DNA from: an uncultured virus (IMG/VR IMGVR_UViG_3300007960_003098) | Lineage: Duplodnaviria; Heunggongvirae; Uroviricota; Caudoviricetes | Direction: 5' to 3' (one strand) | Length of the DNA: 64,000 nt | Virus record (IMG/VR): IMGVR_UViG_3300007960_003098 | Shown: positions 27,062-37,164 of the stretch, piece after piece | Layout: each line of letters opens with the position of its first letter | How positions within the stretch are numbered: position 1 is the first letter of the stretch | The notes under the pieces: model-generated | What the model saw: the letters and a program-made list of their open reading frames with translations, nothing else | Told to the model about the DNA's origin: nothing | Databases searched by the model: none | Made by a program: the position numbers and the translations under genes

Positions 27062-28598
27062 TAGAATAAATTTATCGGCTCAACAAAACCCGGATTGGGC
27101 TTTATTCTTGCCTGCTGTCAGTAGCTTCTTTATCACAGGATTAGGTAAGCAACGAGCAGGTGAGAATTATTTTCCAGAAGAAAGGATTCCTGCAGGATTC
27201 AATGGAGACGTTGAATCACTTAATTTTTTGAATTCTCAAAAAGGATTGTTTACGTACAAGTGGGGACTGTATTCTGCAGGGCATGCGGACTTAGACACGA
27301 CTAAAAATGTTCCAGCAGAGAGCATTATACGTGACCGAGAAGAAGGTACGTTTATGCTAGGAGACTCTGGTGGATTTCAGATTATGAAAGGTCAATGGCC
27401 AGCAGACTGGAAAGATCCTAACTGTCCCAAAGCAATGAAGCAACGCAAACTTGTACTCAAGTGGATGGATGAGTATATGGATTATGGTATGTGTTTAGAC
27501 GTACCTACTCAGACTCTACGTAACAAACACTTGCTAGACAAGCACGGTATCTCTACTATTGAAGAAGCAGTGTATGCCACTCATATCAACAACGAATACT
27601 TTATCAACAACCGTGATGGTAGATGTAAGTTTCTTAATGTATTGCAAGGATTGAATCATACTCAGTCTGATGAATGGTATGAAGAAATGAAGAAGTATTG
27701 CGATCCTAACATCTATCCAGATACTCACTTTAATGGTTGGGCGTTTGGTGGTCAAAACAAAATTGACATTCACTTAACACTCAAGCGTTTAGTTGGTATC
27801 ATACACGATGGATTACTTGAGCCAGGCAAGCATGACTTAGTTCACTGTTTGGGTACAAGTATCTTAGAGTATGCTGTTCTATTCAGTGATATTCAACGAG
27901 CAGTCAGAAAGTATCACAATCCAAACTTTCAGATTACATTTGACTGTGCATCGCCGTTCTTTGGTGCGGCTAAAGGATTAGCATACTTTAATAATAGCAT
28001 CGAACACAATAAGAAGTGGACTTACTCTATGGAGAAGACTGCTGAAAATAAAGACTACGCTAACGATACACGTAAATTTAGTGATGCTGTTATCCAAGAC
28101 AAGATACATGAATTGTTTACAGATTCACCTGTCACTGAAGCAATGGTTCTAAAGGACCTTTGTTATCGTGGTCATGGATTCTTGGGACAACACGGCAAAG
28201 AAACTAAAACAAGTTGGGATACACTAAGTTATACTTTACTACAGGCACACAACGTGTATCAACATATGTTTGCTGTACAAGAAGCCAATCGTAGATACGA
28301 ACAAGGTGTTGTTCCAGCAATGCTTATGAACGAGACTTTTGAACGTGTTAGATTTGGTGAAGTTGTAGACGAAATCTTTAGTCTTAAAGACAGAATTAAG
28401 AGCTTGGCAATGATCGACAAGTATAGCAGATTCTGGATGCAGATGCAGTCAGGGTCACAGGGATTCTCAGGTAAAAAGACAGTGAACGCAGGAACTATGT
28501 TTGATCAATTATTTTCTGTAGAAGAAAATCCTGTAGTAAATACAGAAGACGAACAAGACAGCGATGAACTAATGTTAGAAGCGATGACTCACGCATGA
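27048..28598 (+). CDS. dpdA: tRNA-guanine transglycosylase-fold protein; DpdA-type 7-deazaguanine insertion enzyme
   Basis: MLGDSGGFQI, MCLDVP, LNVLQG, GWAFGG, VHCLG, TFDCAS; lacks the CxCxxC Zn site of tRNA TGT; folE/queD/queE nearby. Confidence 0.8.
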   Translation: MEKSNRINLSAQQNPDWALFLPAVSSFFITGLGKQRAGENYFPEERIPAGFNGDVESLNFLNSQKGLFTYKWGLYSAGHADLDTTKNVPAESIIRDREEGTFMLGDSGGFQIMKGQWPADWKDPNCPKAMKQRKLVLKWMDEYMDYGMCLDVPTQTLRNKHLLDKHGISTIEEAVYATHINNEYFINNRDGRCKFLNVLQGLNHTQSDEWYEEMKKYCDPNIYPDTHFNGWAFGGQNKIDIHLTLKRLVGIIHDGLLEPGKHDLVHCLGTSILEYAVLFSDIQRAVRKYHNPNFQITFDCASPFFGAAKGLAYFNNSIEHNKKWTYSMEKTAENKDYANDTRKFSDAVIQDKIHELFTDSPVTEAMVLKDLCYRGHGFLGQHGKETKTSWDTLSYTLLQAHNVYQHMFAVQEANRRYEQGVVPAMLMNETFERVRFGEVVDEIFSLKDRIKSLAMIDKYSRFWMQMQSGSQGFSGKKTVNAGTMFDQLFSVEENPVVNTEDEQDSDELMLEAMTHA

Positions 28599-28834
28599 AA
28601 GAATGGAAGGAAGCTCCACACAAAGTATGGTATTATTGGAAATCTGACACGGGACAAATCATAGGTCAGGTTACTAATATATCACATACTGATATCTATA
28701 ATTCAAAGGTGTATTGCAATAACACCGAAGAAAGATATCTAGGTCAATACATAAACAGTGACTTTGCTAGAAAAGCTATAGAACATTTTTGGAATATAGA
28801 AGAAAGGACCTTATCGTATGACAGCACTCCGTGA
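28595..28834 (+). CDS. Hypothetical protein
   Basis: ORF overlapping neighbours. Confidence 0.55.
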   Translation: MKEWKEAPHKVWYYWKSDTGQIIGQVTNISHTDIYNSKVYCNNTEERYLGQYINSDFARKAIEHFWNIEERTLSYDSTP

Positions 28835-29210
28835 CGATCTGATGGTTCAGCAACAGATCAAGAACGAATGGGAACATATGATCGGTGTGATCATGTTGAA
28901 TCAGACCGGAAGAAAACCTGTAAAAACAGTGTTACCTAAATTCTTAAAGAAGTTTCCTACCCCTCACAAACTCCTAAATAGTAAACCTGAAGACGTTATT
29001 GATGTCATCAAGCCATTGGGAATGTTTAAAGTTAGAGAAAATAGATTACGTAGGATGACTCAAGATTACTTGACTTGGGACAAAGACGATGCTACCAAAC
29101 TATATGGTATCGGCAAGTATGGTAGTGACAGTTATGAGATTTTCTTCAAGAACAATCTAAAAGTGCAACCTACAGACAAAGAACTTATCAGATACTTAAG
29201 AGAACAATGA
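28818..29210 (+). CDS. Minimal HhH-GPD DNA glycosylase (MBD4 catalytic-domain-like)
   Basis: WEHMIGVIMLNQT, KPLGM, LYGIGKYGSDSYEIF, PTDKEL. Confidence 0.85.
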   Translation: MTALRDDLMVQQQIKNEWEHMIGVIMLNQTGRKPVKTVLPKFLKKFPTPHKLLNSKPEDVIDVIKPLGMFKVRENRLRRMTQDYLTWDKDDATKLYGIGKYGSDSYEIFFKNNLKVQPTDKELIRYLREQ

Positions 29211-29785
29211 ACTTAATTTGTGTTGCCCCATGGTGTGGTGGAACTTTAATTTCTGATTTGCTCAATAATGTGCAAAGCCCATTCGAAGGTTCTATACTTC
29301 AATCAAGATATAATAACATCTTGAAATTGAGCACCGGTGATGAGTGGGATAGCATGATCACTAATTTATCAAATTCCAAATCCCTTAAAGGCAAATATTT
29401 TTCCACGCACATAAGTGTATCAATGGTTCCTGATATCAATGTATTTGATAAAATCATACAAGTGACTACAGTGACTACAAAAAGTCAATGGTACAGATTT
29501 TTAAGGTTATACTATCTTAGCATTAACTTACAAAAATCTTTACAAAAGAGTCAAATTGAAGACGTAATTGGTATTGCTATGATATGCAAAAATATACCAT
29601 ATTCACCATTTGATGCCGTAAATGTAGAAAATCTAGAACTAGAAGATGTTATAGAAGGAAGATTTGTAGAATCAATAAATGGAAATAAAGATCATTTTAA
29701 TCGTTGGATAAAGAGGAACGAATTTTTATTCGATGAACAAGATCCCGAAACAGTAAAAATATGGGAAGAACAGCAAGTTTGGTAA
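29207..29785 (+). CDS. Hypothetical protein, degenerate sulfotransferase-like
   Basis: LICVAPWCGGTLISDLLN P-loop-like start; STH. Confidence 0.45.
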   Translation: MNLICVAPWCGGTLISDLLNNVQSPFEGSILQSRYNNILKLSTGDEWDSMITNLSNSKSLKGKYFSTHISVSMVPDINVFDKIIQVTTVTTKSQWYRFLRLYYLSINLQKSLQKSQIEDVIGIAMICKNIPYSPFDAVNVENLELEDVIEGRFVESINGNKDHFNRWIKRNEFLFDEQDPETVKIWEEQQVW

Positions 29786-29794
29786 CCAAACTTA

Positions 29795-29823
29795 TTGACA
29801 ATACATTAACACTAGTATAGAAT
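29795..29823 (+). promoter_or_regulatory. Sigma70-type promoter
   Basis: TTGACA-N17-TAGAAT. Confidence 0.75.
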
Positions 29824-29830
29824 TATAAAC

Positions 29831-30277
29831 ATGAATGAACAGCAAAACACAGTACTAGAAAACGCACATCGATTGATCTGGGTCACTTTCCAAAAAGAAG
29901 GTGTTCACATGTATCCAGGTGCAGACAAGGATCCTAATCTAGCAACGGGCGATTGGGACGATGTATCCTTTTTAGGAGTTCCTCACAGACATATTTTTCA
30001 TTTTAAAGTATGGATTGAAGTTTTTCATAATGATAGAGATATCGAATTTATTCAATTTAAACGTTGGTGCGAGAGGTTATACAATGAAGTAGATAGTAGT
30101 TCGCCAGTCTTACAATTAAATCATAAATCATGTGAAATGATCGCTGATGATTTGTATACGCAAATAACAGAAAAGTATCCAAATCGTTACATCAAAATCT
30201 CGGTATCCGAAGATAATGAAAACGGATGCGAGATAGAGTATAATCTTACTCGACCTTCACTATCAATAGTCATCTAA
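29831..30277 (+). CDS. QueD-paralogous T-fold protein (DpdL-like, putative CDG decarboxylase)
   Basis: EGVHMYP, LGVPHRHIFHF (LxxxHRHxF), RDIEFI, SCEMIADDL, VSEDNENG. Confidence 0.7.
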   Translation: MNEQQNTVLENAHRLIWVTFQKEGVHMYPGADKDPNLATGDWDDVSFLGVPHRHIFHFKVWIEVFHNDRDIEFIQFKRWCERLYNEVDSSSPVLQLNHKSCEMIADDLYTQITEKYPNRYIKISVSEDNENGCEIEYNLTRPSLSIVI

Positions 30278-30292
30278 AGAGGAGATGCAAAA

Positions 30293-30508
30293 TTGTCTAC
30301 AACCAATCGTAAAACTGTCAAAGTTTTTGAGGATCTTGAGGCATTCAGGGATTTCTGTGTTGAATATGGTTTCGTGTTCAATCCAGAAGATTTGTACAAG
30401 AAGTCAAGTCATGTGTGGCGTATGTACAGTCAACGCTTCCTTGTTGGTAAACCAGTCAAGAGTATGTGGGAATTAGATGCAGAACGTTTCAGCAAAAGAT
30501 CCAGATAA
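30293..30508 (+). CDS. Small hypothetical protein
   Basis: RBS GAGGAG, TTG start; VFEDLEAFRDFCVEYGFVFNPEDLY. Confidence 0.65.
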   Translation: MSTTNRKTVKVFEDLEAFRDFCVEYGFVFNPEDLYKKSSHVWRMYSQRFLVGKPVKSMWELDAERFSKRSR

Positions 30509-31313
30509 TATCATTCTGATCACAGGTGGTTTTGACCCGTTACATAGCGGTCATCTAGATTATATAGATGCCGCTAAAAAGCTAGGTGCGGAATCGTCTT
30601 GGTTCGGAAGCATGGTCATCGTGGGAGTAAACAGCGATGAGTGGCTTGCCCGTAAAAAAGGCAAGCCCTTCATGCCTCTGGAAGAGCGAGTTAGAATCAT
30701 GCAATCACTAAAAGACGTAGATCAGGTTATCGTATTTGATGACTCTGATAACACAGCAATACATGCTATCAAAACTGTTAGAAAGCAATATCCAAACAGT
30801 CATATCATGTTTGCTAACGGCGGTGATCGTACATTGTCTAACATTCCTGAAACTTCTGTGTCTGCCACTGATCCAAATATCACATTCGTGTTCGGTGTCG
30901 GTGGCAACAAAGTTAATTCTAGTTCTTGGATTCTAGGTGAGTGGAAAGCTCCCAAGACTGAGAGAGCCTGGGGATACTATCGTGTCTTACATGAGAACGG
31001 CATCGAAGTAAAAGTGAAAGAACTTACAGTAGAGCCGGGAAAAAGTCTCAGTATGCAACGACATTCTCATAGAAGTGAGTTTTGGTTCGTTGCTGAAGGA
31101 GTAGCAACTGTTTACTCAGTGGCGTATCCAAATGAACCTAGACGAGAACAAAAAGGTATTTTTGTTGGGAAGTATAACAAGCATCAACATACTTGGGTAC
31201 TTACCAACGAATGGCACCAGTTAGTGAACGAAGAAAATCAGCCACTAAAGGTAATCGAAATACAGTTTGGAGACAACTGTACAGAAGATGATATTCAACG
31301 AGTAAAAGTGTGA
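30477..31313 (+). CDS. Cytidylyltransferase-like domain fused to type II mannose-6-phosphate isomerase cupin
   Basis: TGGFDPLHSGH (HxGH), NSDEWL, FANGGDR, SSSWIL; RAWGYY, LSMQRHSHRSEFW, IEIQFG..EDDIQR. Confidence 0.88.
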   Translation: MQNVSAKDPDNIILITGGFDPLHSGHLDYIDAAKKLGAESSWFGSMVIVGVNSDEWLARKKGKPFMPLEERVRIMQSLKDVDQVIVFDDSDNTAIHAIKTVRKQYPNSHIMFANGGDRTLSNIPETSVSATDPNITFVFGVGGNKVNSSSWILGEWKAPKTERAWGYYRVLHENGIEVKVKELTVEPGKSLSMQRHSHRSEFWFVAEGVATVYSVAYPNEPRREQKGIFVGKYNKHQHTWVLTNEWHQLVNEENQPLKVIEIQFGDNCTEDDIQRVKV

Positions 31314-31320
31314 GGAGATA

Positions 31321-32517
31321 ATGCGTAAATTATTTTATATGGGTCTAGAACCTTACGAAGCTAGATATACATTACAACTTTCTGAATGGAATAGGCGTGT
31401 CTTTGAGAAACGAGACATCGACTTTGTTGACGTTCAGGGCGAGTTATTGACTACTGATCAAGCAATCTCTACAGGACAGGTGTTAGATGCACACGGTAGA
31501 TCATATTTTGGTATGTCACAGTTAATGACTCTTGTAAAGTTAATGAAAGAGGGCGAAGTAACACACGAAGACGTAGTTTACTTTGAAGATATGTTTCAGC
31601 CCGGGATCGAATCTCTCCCATATATCTTAAATCAAATCGCTCCTGAATATCGTCCACGTGTATTTGTAAGATGTTTAGCACAAACTATCGATCCAGATGA
31701 CTTTGTTCATGTATGGGGAATGAGTAAATGGATGGGTCTGTACGAGCAGATGGTCAACGAGATTGTAAAGATTTCTAACGGTGGGGTGCTAGCAACTAAC
31801 GAAGAAATGGTTGCACACATGAAGATAGCAGGATGGGACGCACCTATCTATAATATCTCAGGTCTTGCATTCGGTAAAGACGAAGTACGACAGCGTGTAC
31901 TAGAACTTGAATATATCAAAGATTTCAATGAGCGCAAGATGCGAGTTGGTTTCTCTGCACGTTGGGATCAAGAAAAGCAACCAGACTTTTATATGGATCT
32001 GATCGAACGATGGTATGACCATTATGGTGATGATCACGGCATTGAATTCGCTGTATTCTCTGGTTCTAAACTACGTAGCAATAATGATTCATATATGAAG
32101 CGTACTCGCAAATTACAACAAGAAAATAAACTGGTTGTATACGAGGACTTAAAGAAAGATGAATATTATCGGCTACTCAATGATACTAGAGTGATCTTCA
32201 ATTGTGCATTGCAAGACTGGGTCAGCAATACTGTCAGTGAAGCAGATGCACTAGGATGTAATGTATTGTTCCCTGCATATCGCAGTTTTCCAGAAACATT
32301 TGCTAATGATCATAAAAGAATGTATATTCCATGGTCGCTAGATGATGTAGAAGATAAACTTAATCATCTATTAACAGAACCTTATCATCAGGGTTCAATC
32401 AGTGATTGGACAGATGGAACTATTGATAGAATTTGTGATATCCTTGAAGGTCAAGGTGAGCAATGGCTGCGTATGTCAACCGATTACAGAAAACATACTA
32501 GAGAAAACAAATATTAA
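31321..32517 (+). CDS. GT-B fold glycosyltransferase
   Basis: FSARWDQEKQP, LQDWVSNTVSEADALGC, PAYRSFPE (GT4-like E-x7-E region). Confidence 0.8.
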   Translation: MRKLFYMGLEPYEARYTLQLSEWNRRVFEKRDIDFVDVQGELLTTDQAISTGQVLDAHGRSYFGMSQLMTLVKLMKEGEVTHEDVVYFEDMFQPGIESLPYILNQIAPEYRPRVFVRCLAQTIDPDDFVHVWGMSKWMGLYEQMVNEIVKISNGGVLATNEEMVAHMKIAGWDAPIYNISGLAFGKDEVRQRVLELEYIKDFNERKMRVGFSARWDQEKQPDFYMDLIERWYDHYGDDHGIEFAVFSGSKLRSNNDSYMKRTRKLQQENKLVVYEDLKKDEYYRLLNDTRVIFNCALQDWVSNTVSEADALGCNVLFPAYRSFPETFANDHKRMYIPWSLDDVEDKLNHLLTEPYHQGSISDWTDGTIDRICDILEGQGEQWLRMSTDYRKHTRENKY

Positions 32518-32530
32518 AAAAGGAATAATT

Positions 32531-33442
32531 ATGAAAAATTTTAAACTAATAGTAGCAGTAGGATTTTTAAGTGCCATCGTTGGATGTGCGCCTTTTGAAT
32601 CCCCTGTCAACGCACAAATATCGGTATCACAAACATTTAAACCTACGTTTGCTATTGATTACACAGATTGCGGAGAAATAAGTTTTCCATCCTCAGAAGG
32701 GTCAGTACAATTCGGTAAGACAGATGAATCATGCGGTGGCAGAGTTGTCTCTAATGAAGGCTACGTTAACATTTCACAGATTCGTTTTACAGCAGACTTA
32801 AGTAATGTTTCTGGTAACTTTGTTACTAGTACTTTTTATATGGTAAACAATCCAAACAATCCTAGTTTAAAACCTGTCCATGACAACTATTGTGATGCTG
32901 GCGGAAACAATCCAACTTGGAACTGCCAAGAAGTTGACTTCTTTGAAGTAAACAACAACGTAGTCTTTCAACACACAATGCATATTGGTGACGGTAGTTC
33001 ATCTGCCCCACAAAACTTTCAGTTAAGTTATTCAACAACAGACAATCAATGTTTTCAAAACTTGACTCCTTCAGAAGGTCTAGTATCATGGAACGGCATT
33101 GACATTAAACAACCTGTAGACTTTGTAGTTGACTTAGATGATTCAGGCATGACTATAACTGTCAAGCAAGGATCAATATCAACTGTTGTATACACGATGG
33201 GTCAAGGCTTTCCAGGAACAGATATCTTCACAGATGATCAAATCAAACGTTGGGCAGAAGGTAGAGCCCAAGGCTATTGGCTAAACTTAAGTCGTTGGCA
33301 AGATGCTAACGATCCTTGGTCTCCTGGTTCAAAGCAAAACTTATATAATTGGAGTTGTCCATGGGGTAACGTTTGTAAAGCAACAGAAGCAGACTACTTT
33401 AAAATATATGATATTGAAGTAGACGCAGACAGCACCCTTTAA
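32531..33442 (+). CDS. Lipoprotein with clan GH-B (GH7/GH16-like) glycoside hydrolase domain
   Basis: Lipobox LSAIVGC; TFYMV; YCDAGG...CQEVDFFE (ExDxxE). Confidence 0.65.
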   Translation: MKNFKLIVAVGFLSAIVGCAPFESPVNAQISVSQTFKPTFAIDYTDCGEISFPSSEGSVQFGKTDESCGGRVVSNEGYVNISQIRFTADLSNVSGNFVTSTFYMVNNPNNPSLKPVHDNYCDAGGNNPTWNCQEVDFFEVNNNVVFQHTMHIGDGSSSAPQNFQLSYSTTDNQCFQNLTPSEGLVSWNGIDIKQPVDFVVDLDDSGMTITVKQGSISTVVYTMGQGFPGTDIFTDDQIKRWAEGRAQGYWLNLSRWQDANDPWSPGSKQNLYNWSCPWGNVCKATEADYFKIYDIEVDADSTL

Positions 33443-33452
33443 GGAGTAAGTA

Positions 33453-34586
33453 ATGCGTATCGAATCAGAAGTCAAGTTAGATTTTTCTGATGTATTAATT
33501 AGGCCCAAAAGGTCAACACTAGGTTCACGCAAAGAAGTAGATTTATACAGAGAATTTACTTACAGAAATTATGAGCCTGATTTCCCTGAAAATATCAGAG
33601 AAATTCATTACAATGGAGTACCTATCATGGCTAGCAACATGGACGGGGTAGGTACTTTTGAAATGGCAATAGAACTGGCTAAACATGGAATGTTCACATG
33701 CTTAGTAAAAACATATACTGTAGAAGAATTAATCGATTTCTTTATCCAAAATGTTGCCGTAAAAAATCATGTTGCATACAGCATGGGTATCACAGAATCC
33801 GACGTTGATAAACTTCGCCAAGTATATAGTCAAGTAGGGGAAAGTATTAAATACATTTGTATAGACGTAGCAAACGGTTATTCGGATCGTTTCGCAGAGT
33901 TTGTAAGTTCAATTAGAAAAGAATTCCCTCACACTATTATTATAGCAGGCAATGTTGTTACGGGTGAAATGACAGAGGAGTTAATATTAAGTGGAGCAGA
34001 TATCGTTAAAGTTGGTATTGGGCCTGGTAGTGTTTGTACTACTAGGATTAAGACTGGTGTTGGGTACCCGCAGTTATCCGCAATCATGGAGTGTGCTGAT
34101 GCCGCTCACGGCCTTGGTGGACACATCATTGCTGATGGGGGTTGTACATGTGCTGGAGATGTAGCAAAAGCATTTGGTGCAGGCGCAGACTTTGTTATGT
34201 TAGGTGGCATGTTAGCCGGACATGATGAAGGCAACGGTGAAATAGTTACGAGGTTCTATGAAACAAATGAACTAGAGTATGAAGTTGGTAAGCATTTAGA
34301 TCGTCATATAAGAAAGATTGAACAAAAACAATTTGTACAATTTTATGGTATGAGTTCAAAAGCCGCAAACGAAAAACACTTTGGTGGTTTAAAAGAATAT
34401 CGTAGCAGTGAAGGTAGAGAAGTACTTGTGCAATATAAAGGTCCAGTAAAGAACACTGTACAAGACATTCTAGGGGGTCTTAGAAGCGCCTGTACTTACG
34501 CAGGAGCAAAGAAACTAAAGCAGTTGAGCAAGTGTACTACATTCGTAAGAGTAAATAATCAATATAACAAGGTTTATGAAAAATAA
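33453..34586 (+). CDS. guaC: GMP reductase
   Basis: [67 protein letters not shown]. Confidence 0.95.
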   Translation: MRIESEVKLDFSDVLIRPKRSTLGSRKEVDLYREFTYRNYEPDFPENIREIHYNGVPIMASNMDGVGTFEMAIELAKHGMFTCLVKTYTVEELIDFFIQNVAVKNHVAYSMGITESDVDKLRQVYSQVGESIKYICIDVANGYSDRFAEFVSSIRKEFPHTIIIAGNVVTGEMTEELILSGADIVKVGIGPGSVCTTRIKTGVGYPQLSAIMECADAAHGLGGHIIADGGCTCAGDVAKAFGAGADFVMLGGMLAGHDEGNGEIVTRFYETNELEYEVGKHLDRHIRKIEQKQFVQFYGMSSKAANEKHFGGLKEYRSSEGREVLVQYKGPVKNTVQDILGGLRSACTYAGAKKLKQLSKCTTFVRVNNQYNKVYEK

Positions 34587-34789
34587 TGGATGCTACTCTT
34601 TCACCGTTGCCAGAAGTCACTCAAATGATTAAAACCGTGTCTAAAGTATTCGCTGGACCCGTAAAAGGTCCTGATGAACCTGCATCTAAAGATCGGGTCA
34701 TCGTTGATACATACACTTTGACTCTCTACGACTTCCACGGCGCTGAAAAACGGGTGATGCAAACAAGCACTATAGATATTCTAGTATGA
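34586..34789 (+). CDS. Hypothetical protein
   Basis: ORF overlapping neighbours. Confidence 0.5.
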   Translation: MDATLSPLPEVTQMIKTVSKVFAGPVKGPDEPASKDRVIVDTYTLTLYDFHGAEKRVMQTSTIDILV

Positions 34790-35460
34790 TACGATATGAA
34801 CCCGTTGCCCTAAAAGATCATGATTCTATCCTAGGTAAAGATTTCAATAAGAACTTTGCTAAAGAAATGAATTCGTATTATCATCCGTTCATATCTAGGA
34901 ACAGAAGCGTACAGTTAGCAAAAGAAACATGGGAATATGCAGTAGCAGATTCTATTCCAAACGGCGTTTGGGTAGGCGCTGGGAAGAATATCATAGATGT
35001 CAGCACCCCAGAAGCAAATATCGATGTCAAGGGTTTAAGTTGTAATAGCTTATCTCACTTGAGTACTGAAGCAAGCATACTACAAAACAATAAAAAAGAC
35101 AGTGATGATTTTGCTTCTCTTTTTCAACAACAGGACTTCCATAGCCTTAAAGATATGTTCGTAGAACCGCTTGCTGAAAAAATATCTAAGGCTGGAAATT
35201 TATACGTGTTTTGTGTAGTCAGACATAAAAAGAACAACAGCATGAACTTTGATGTGTATTATTGTCTATACAAAGCCAGTACGCAGGATAATCCAGCACT
35301 AGTAGAACAGATGACACTAGATGGTAATCGAAGCATAAATGTACCACTGATCGACAGTAATTACGGAAAGTGCTATCTGTATATTCCAAAACGTAGACTT
35401 GAATTAAGGGTGAATATGGAAGGAATGAAAAATTTCTTAGTATATTCGCATTCGGTGTAA
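34786..35460 (+). CDS. PD-(D/E)xK nuclease-like protein (restriction-endonuclease-like)
   Basis: ETWEYAV...IIDV...IDVKG (E...D...DxK) arrangement. Confidence 0.5.
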   Translation: MIRYEPVALKDHDSILGKDFNKNFAKEMNSYYHPFISRNRSVQLAKETWEYAVADSIPNGVWVGAGKNIIDVSTPEANIDVKGLSCNSLSHLSTEASILQNNKKDSDDFASLFQQQDFHSLKDMFVEPLAEKISKAGNLYVFCVVRHKKNNSMNFDVYYCLYKASTQDNPALVEQMTLDGNRSINVPLIDSNYGKCYLYIPKRRLELRVNMEGMKNFLVYSHSV

Positions 35461-35462
35461 CC

Positions 35463-36344
35463 ATGTATTTTGTATCAGCCGGATGTAGTTATTCACAAGT
35501 TCCAAATACTGACACGACTTGGCCAGTTCATGTTCAAGAGGCATTTAACTTAGATGATGATCATGTCAGACATCTAGGTATAGGTGCTATCGGTAACGAA
35601 ATGATCAGCAAAATAGTTATCTATAATGTTAATGACTTGCTAAAAACTCACAAACCTGAGGACCTTTTAGTAGGTATCATGTGGTCTGGTTCTGATAGGA
35701 GAGTAATTACGTTAAGAGAATCTAAGCGTGTATACGACAAAGCCACAAAAATAATACAGCCAGAGTCGTATGACGAAATAGAAAAAGACAGATTCTATAG
35801 AAGTTCTAAGAGGAATGAATATAGAAATCCTATCAATTTAGCGTGTAACGAATTTAACTATTATACATTAAACGCACATTGGAAAGACGAGCTTACATTA
35901 AAGTACTATAATGATTTTGTAGATCCGCTCAATTCTGTTATGCAAACATGTGAACATATGTTGAGAGTTGAATGGTTCTTGAAAATGCATAATATCAAGT
36001 ATTTCATGTGTGCATACGATTTCGATACCTTCTTTTATGCAGGTGTACACGGAGGTGTATGTCATCTATATGATGAGGATTCTCCAGCGTTTAATATTAA
36101 CTCAAATAATCATAATCCATTAGAACACCCAGATGTCAAATATCTCTATGATATGATCGATAGAACATATTGGTTACCTATAACCGATCTAGGAGATTGG
36201 GCGAGAAACGTCTCTAAGTATGAATATAGAGACCCAGACCATGATCCTCATCCTAGTACAGAACAACACAAAGACTTTACTCATCGTATCATATTACCAT
36301 TTATCGAAAAAATGTACGGTATCTCACCCGCAAAGTTACCCTAA
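35463..36344 (+). CDS. SGNH hydrolase-like protein
   Basis: AGCSYS, GIGAIGN, IMWSG.DR, DPHPS..QH. Confidence 0.65.
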   Translation: MYFVSAGCSYSQVPNTDTTWPVHVQEAFNLDDDHVRHLGIGAIGNEMISKIVIYNVNDLLKTHKPEDLLVGIMWSGSDRRVITLRESKRVYDKATKIIQPESYDEIEKDRFYRSSKRNEYRNPINLACNEFNYYTLNAHWKDELTLKYYNDFVDPLNSVMQTCEHMLRVEWFLKMHNIKYFMCAYDFDTFFYAGVHGGVCHLYDEDSPAFNINSNNHNPLEHPDVKYLYDMIDRTYWLPITDLGDWARNVSKYEYRDPDHDPHPSTEQHKDFTHRIILPFIEKMYGISPAKLP

Positions 36345-36482
36345 ATAGTAGACAAATAGTTTGATACTGTATAAACTATCATATGATAAAAATATGAACG
36401 GCTATAGTGAATCATAAATACTTTCGTAACACAAAGGTTACAAACAACAATCACAACATCCGCGTAAGGAAGGAGAAATACA

Positions 36483-37163
36483 ATGTCATATAACAAAACA
36501 AAAACCGACCCTGAACTTGGCAAACGAGTTCACGAATATCTAGTAAAAGTAGGAGTCGAAACTCCCACTTTTGAAACAGCGTTAGATCGCAAGCAAAAAA
36601 TCACAGAGATTGAAAAATCGTTCAATCACATCATGCAAGTCTTAGGACTTGATCTTGATGACGACAGTCTAGCAGAAACACCACTGCGTGTTGCTAAAAT
36701 GTATGTTAACGAAATCTTCTGGGGACTAGATTATGATGCATTCCCAAAATGTACCACAGTAGACAACAAGATGCACTACAACGAAATGGTTGTTGAGCGT
36801 AATGTTAATGTACAAAGCAACTGTGAGCATCACTTTGTTATCATCGATGGTCTTGCTACTGTAGCGTATGTTCCAAAACAAAAAGTACTTGGTCTTTCTA
36901 AGATCAATCGTATCGTAGAATATTTCTCAAAGCGTCCTCAGATTCAAGAGCGTTTGACTGAGCAAGTATTCCATGCACTTCAATATATCCTAGAAACCGA
37001 AGACGTTGCTGTAATGATCGATGCACAGCACTACTGTGTGAAATCAAGAGGTGTAGAAGATACAGGTAGCTCTACTGTAACTGTGCGTCTAGGTGGAGGA
37101 TTTAAAGAAGATCATGCGGCACGTAATGAGTTCTTAAGCATCGCAAGAATGGGGAAGTGCTAA
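36483..37163 (+). CDS. folE: GTP cyclohydrolase I
   Basis: ETPLRVAKM, SNCEHHF, GLSKINR, RPQIQERLT, HYCVKSRG. Confidence 0.96.
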   Translation: MSYNKTKTDPELGKRVHEYLVKVGVETPTFETALDRKQKITEIEKSFNHIMQVLGLDLDDDSLAETPLRVAKMYVNEIFWGLDYDAFPKCTTVDNKMHYNEMVVERNVNVQSNCEHHFVIIDGLATVAYVPKQKVLGLSKINRIVEYFSKRPQIQERLTEQVFHALQYILETEDVAVMIDAQHYCVKSRGVEDTGSSTVTVRLGGGFKEDHAARNEFLSIARMGKC

Positions 37164-37164
37164 C

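Noticed and set aside
27048..28598. Calling this a canonical tRNA-guanine transglycosylase (tgt) for queuosine
   Set aside because: Lacks the C-terminal CxCxxC/H zinc site, is much longer, and no queC/queF/queA is present; context favours a DNA-related DpdA-type role
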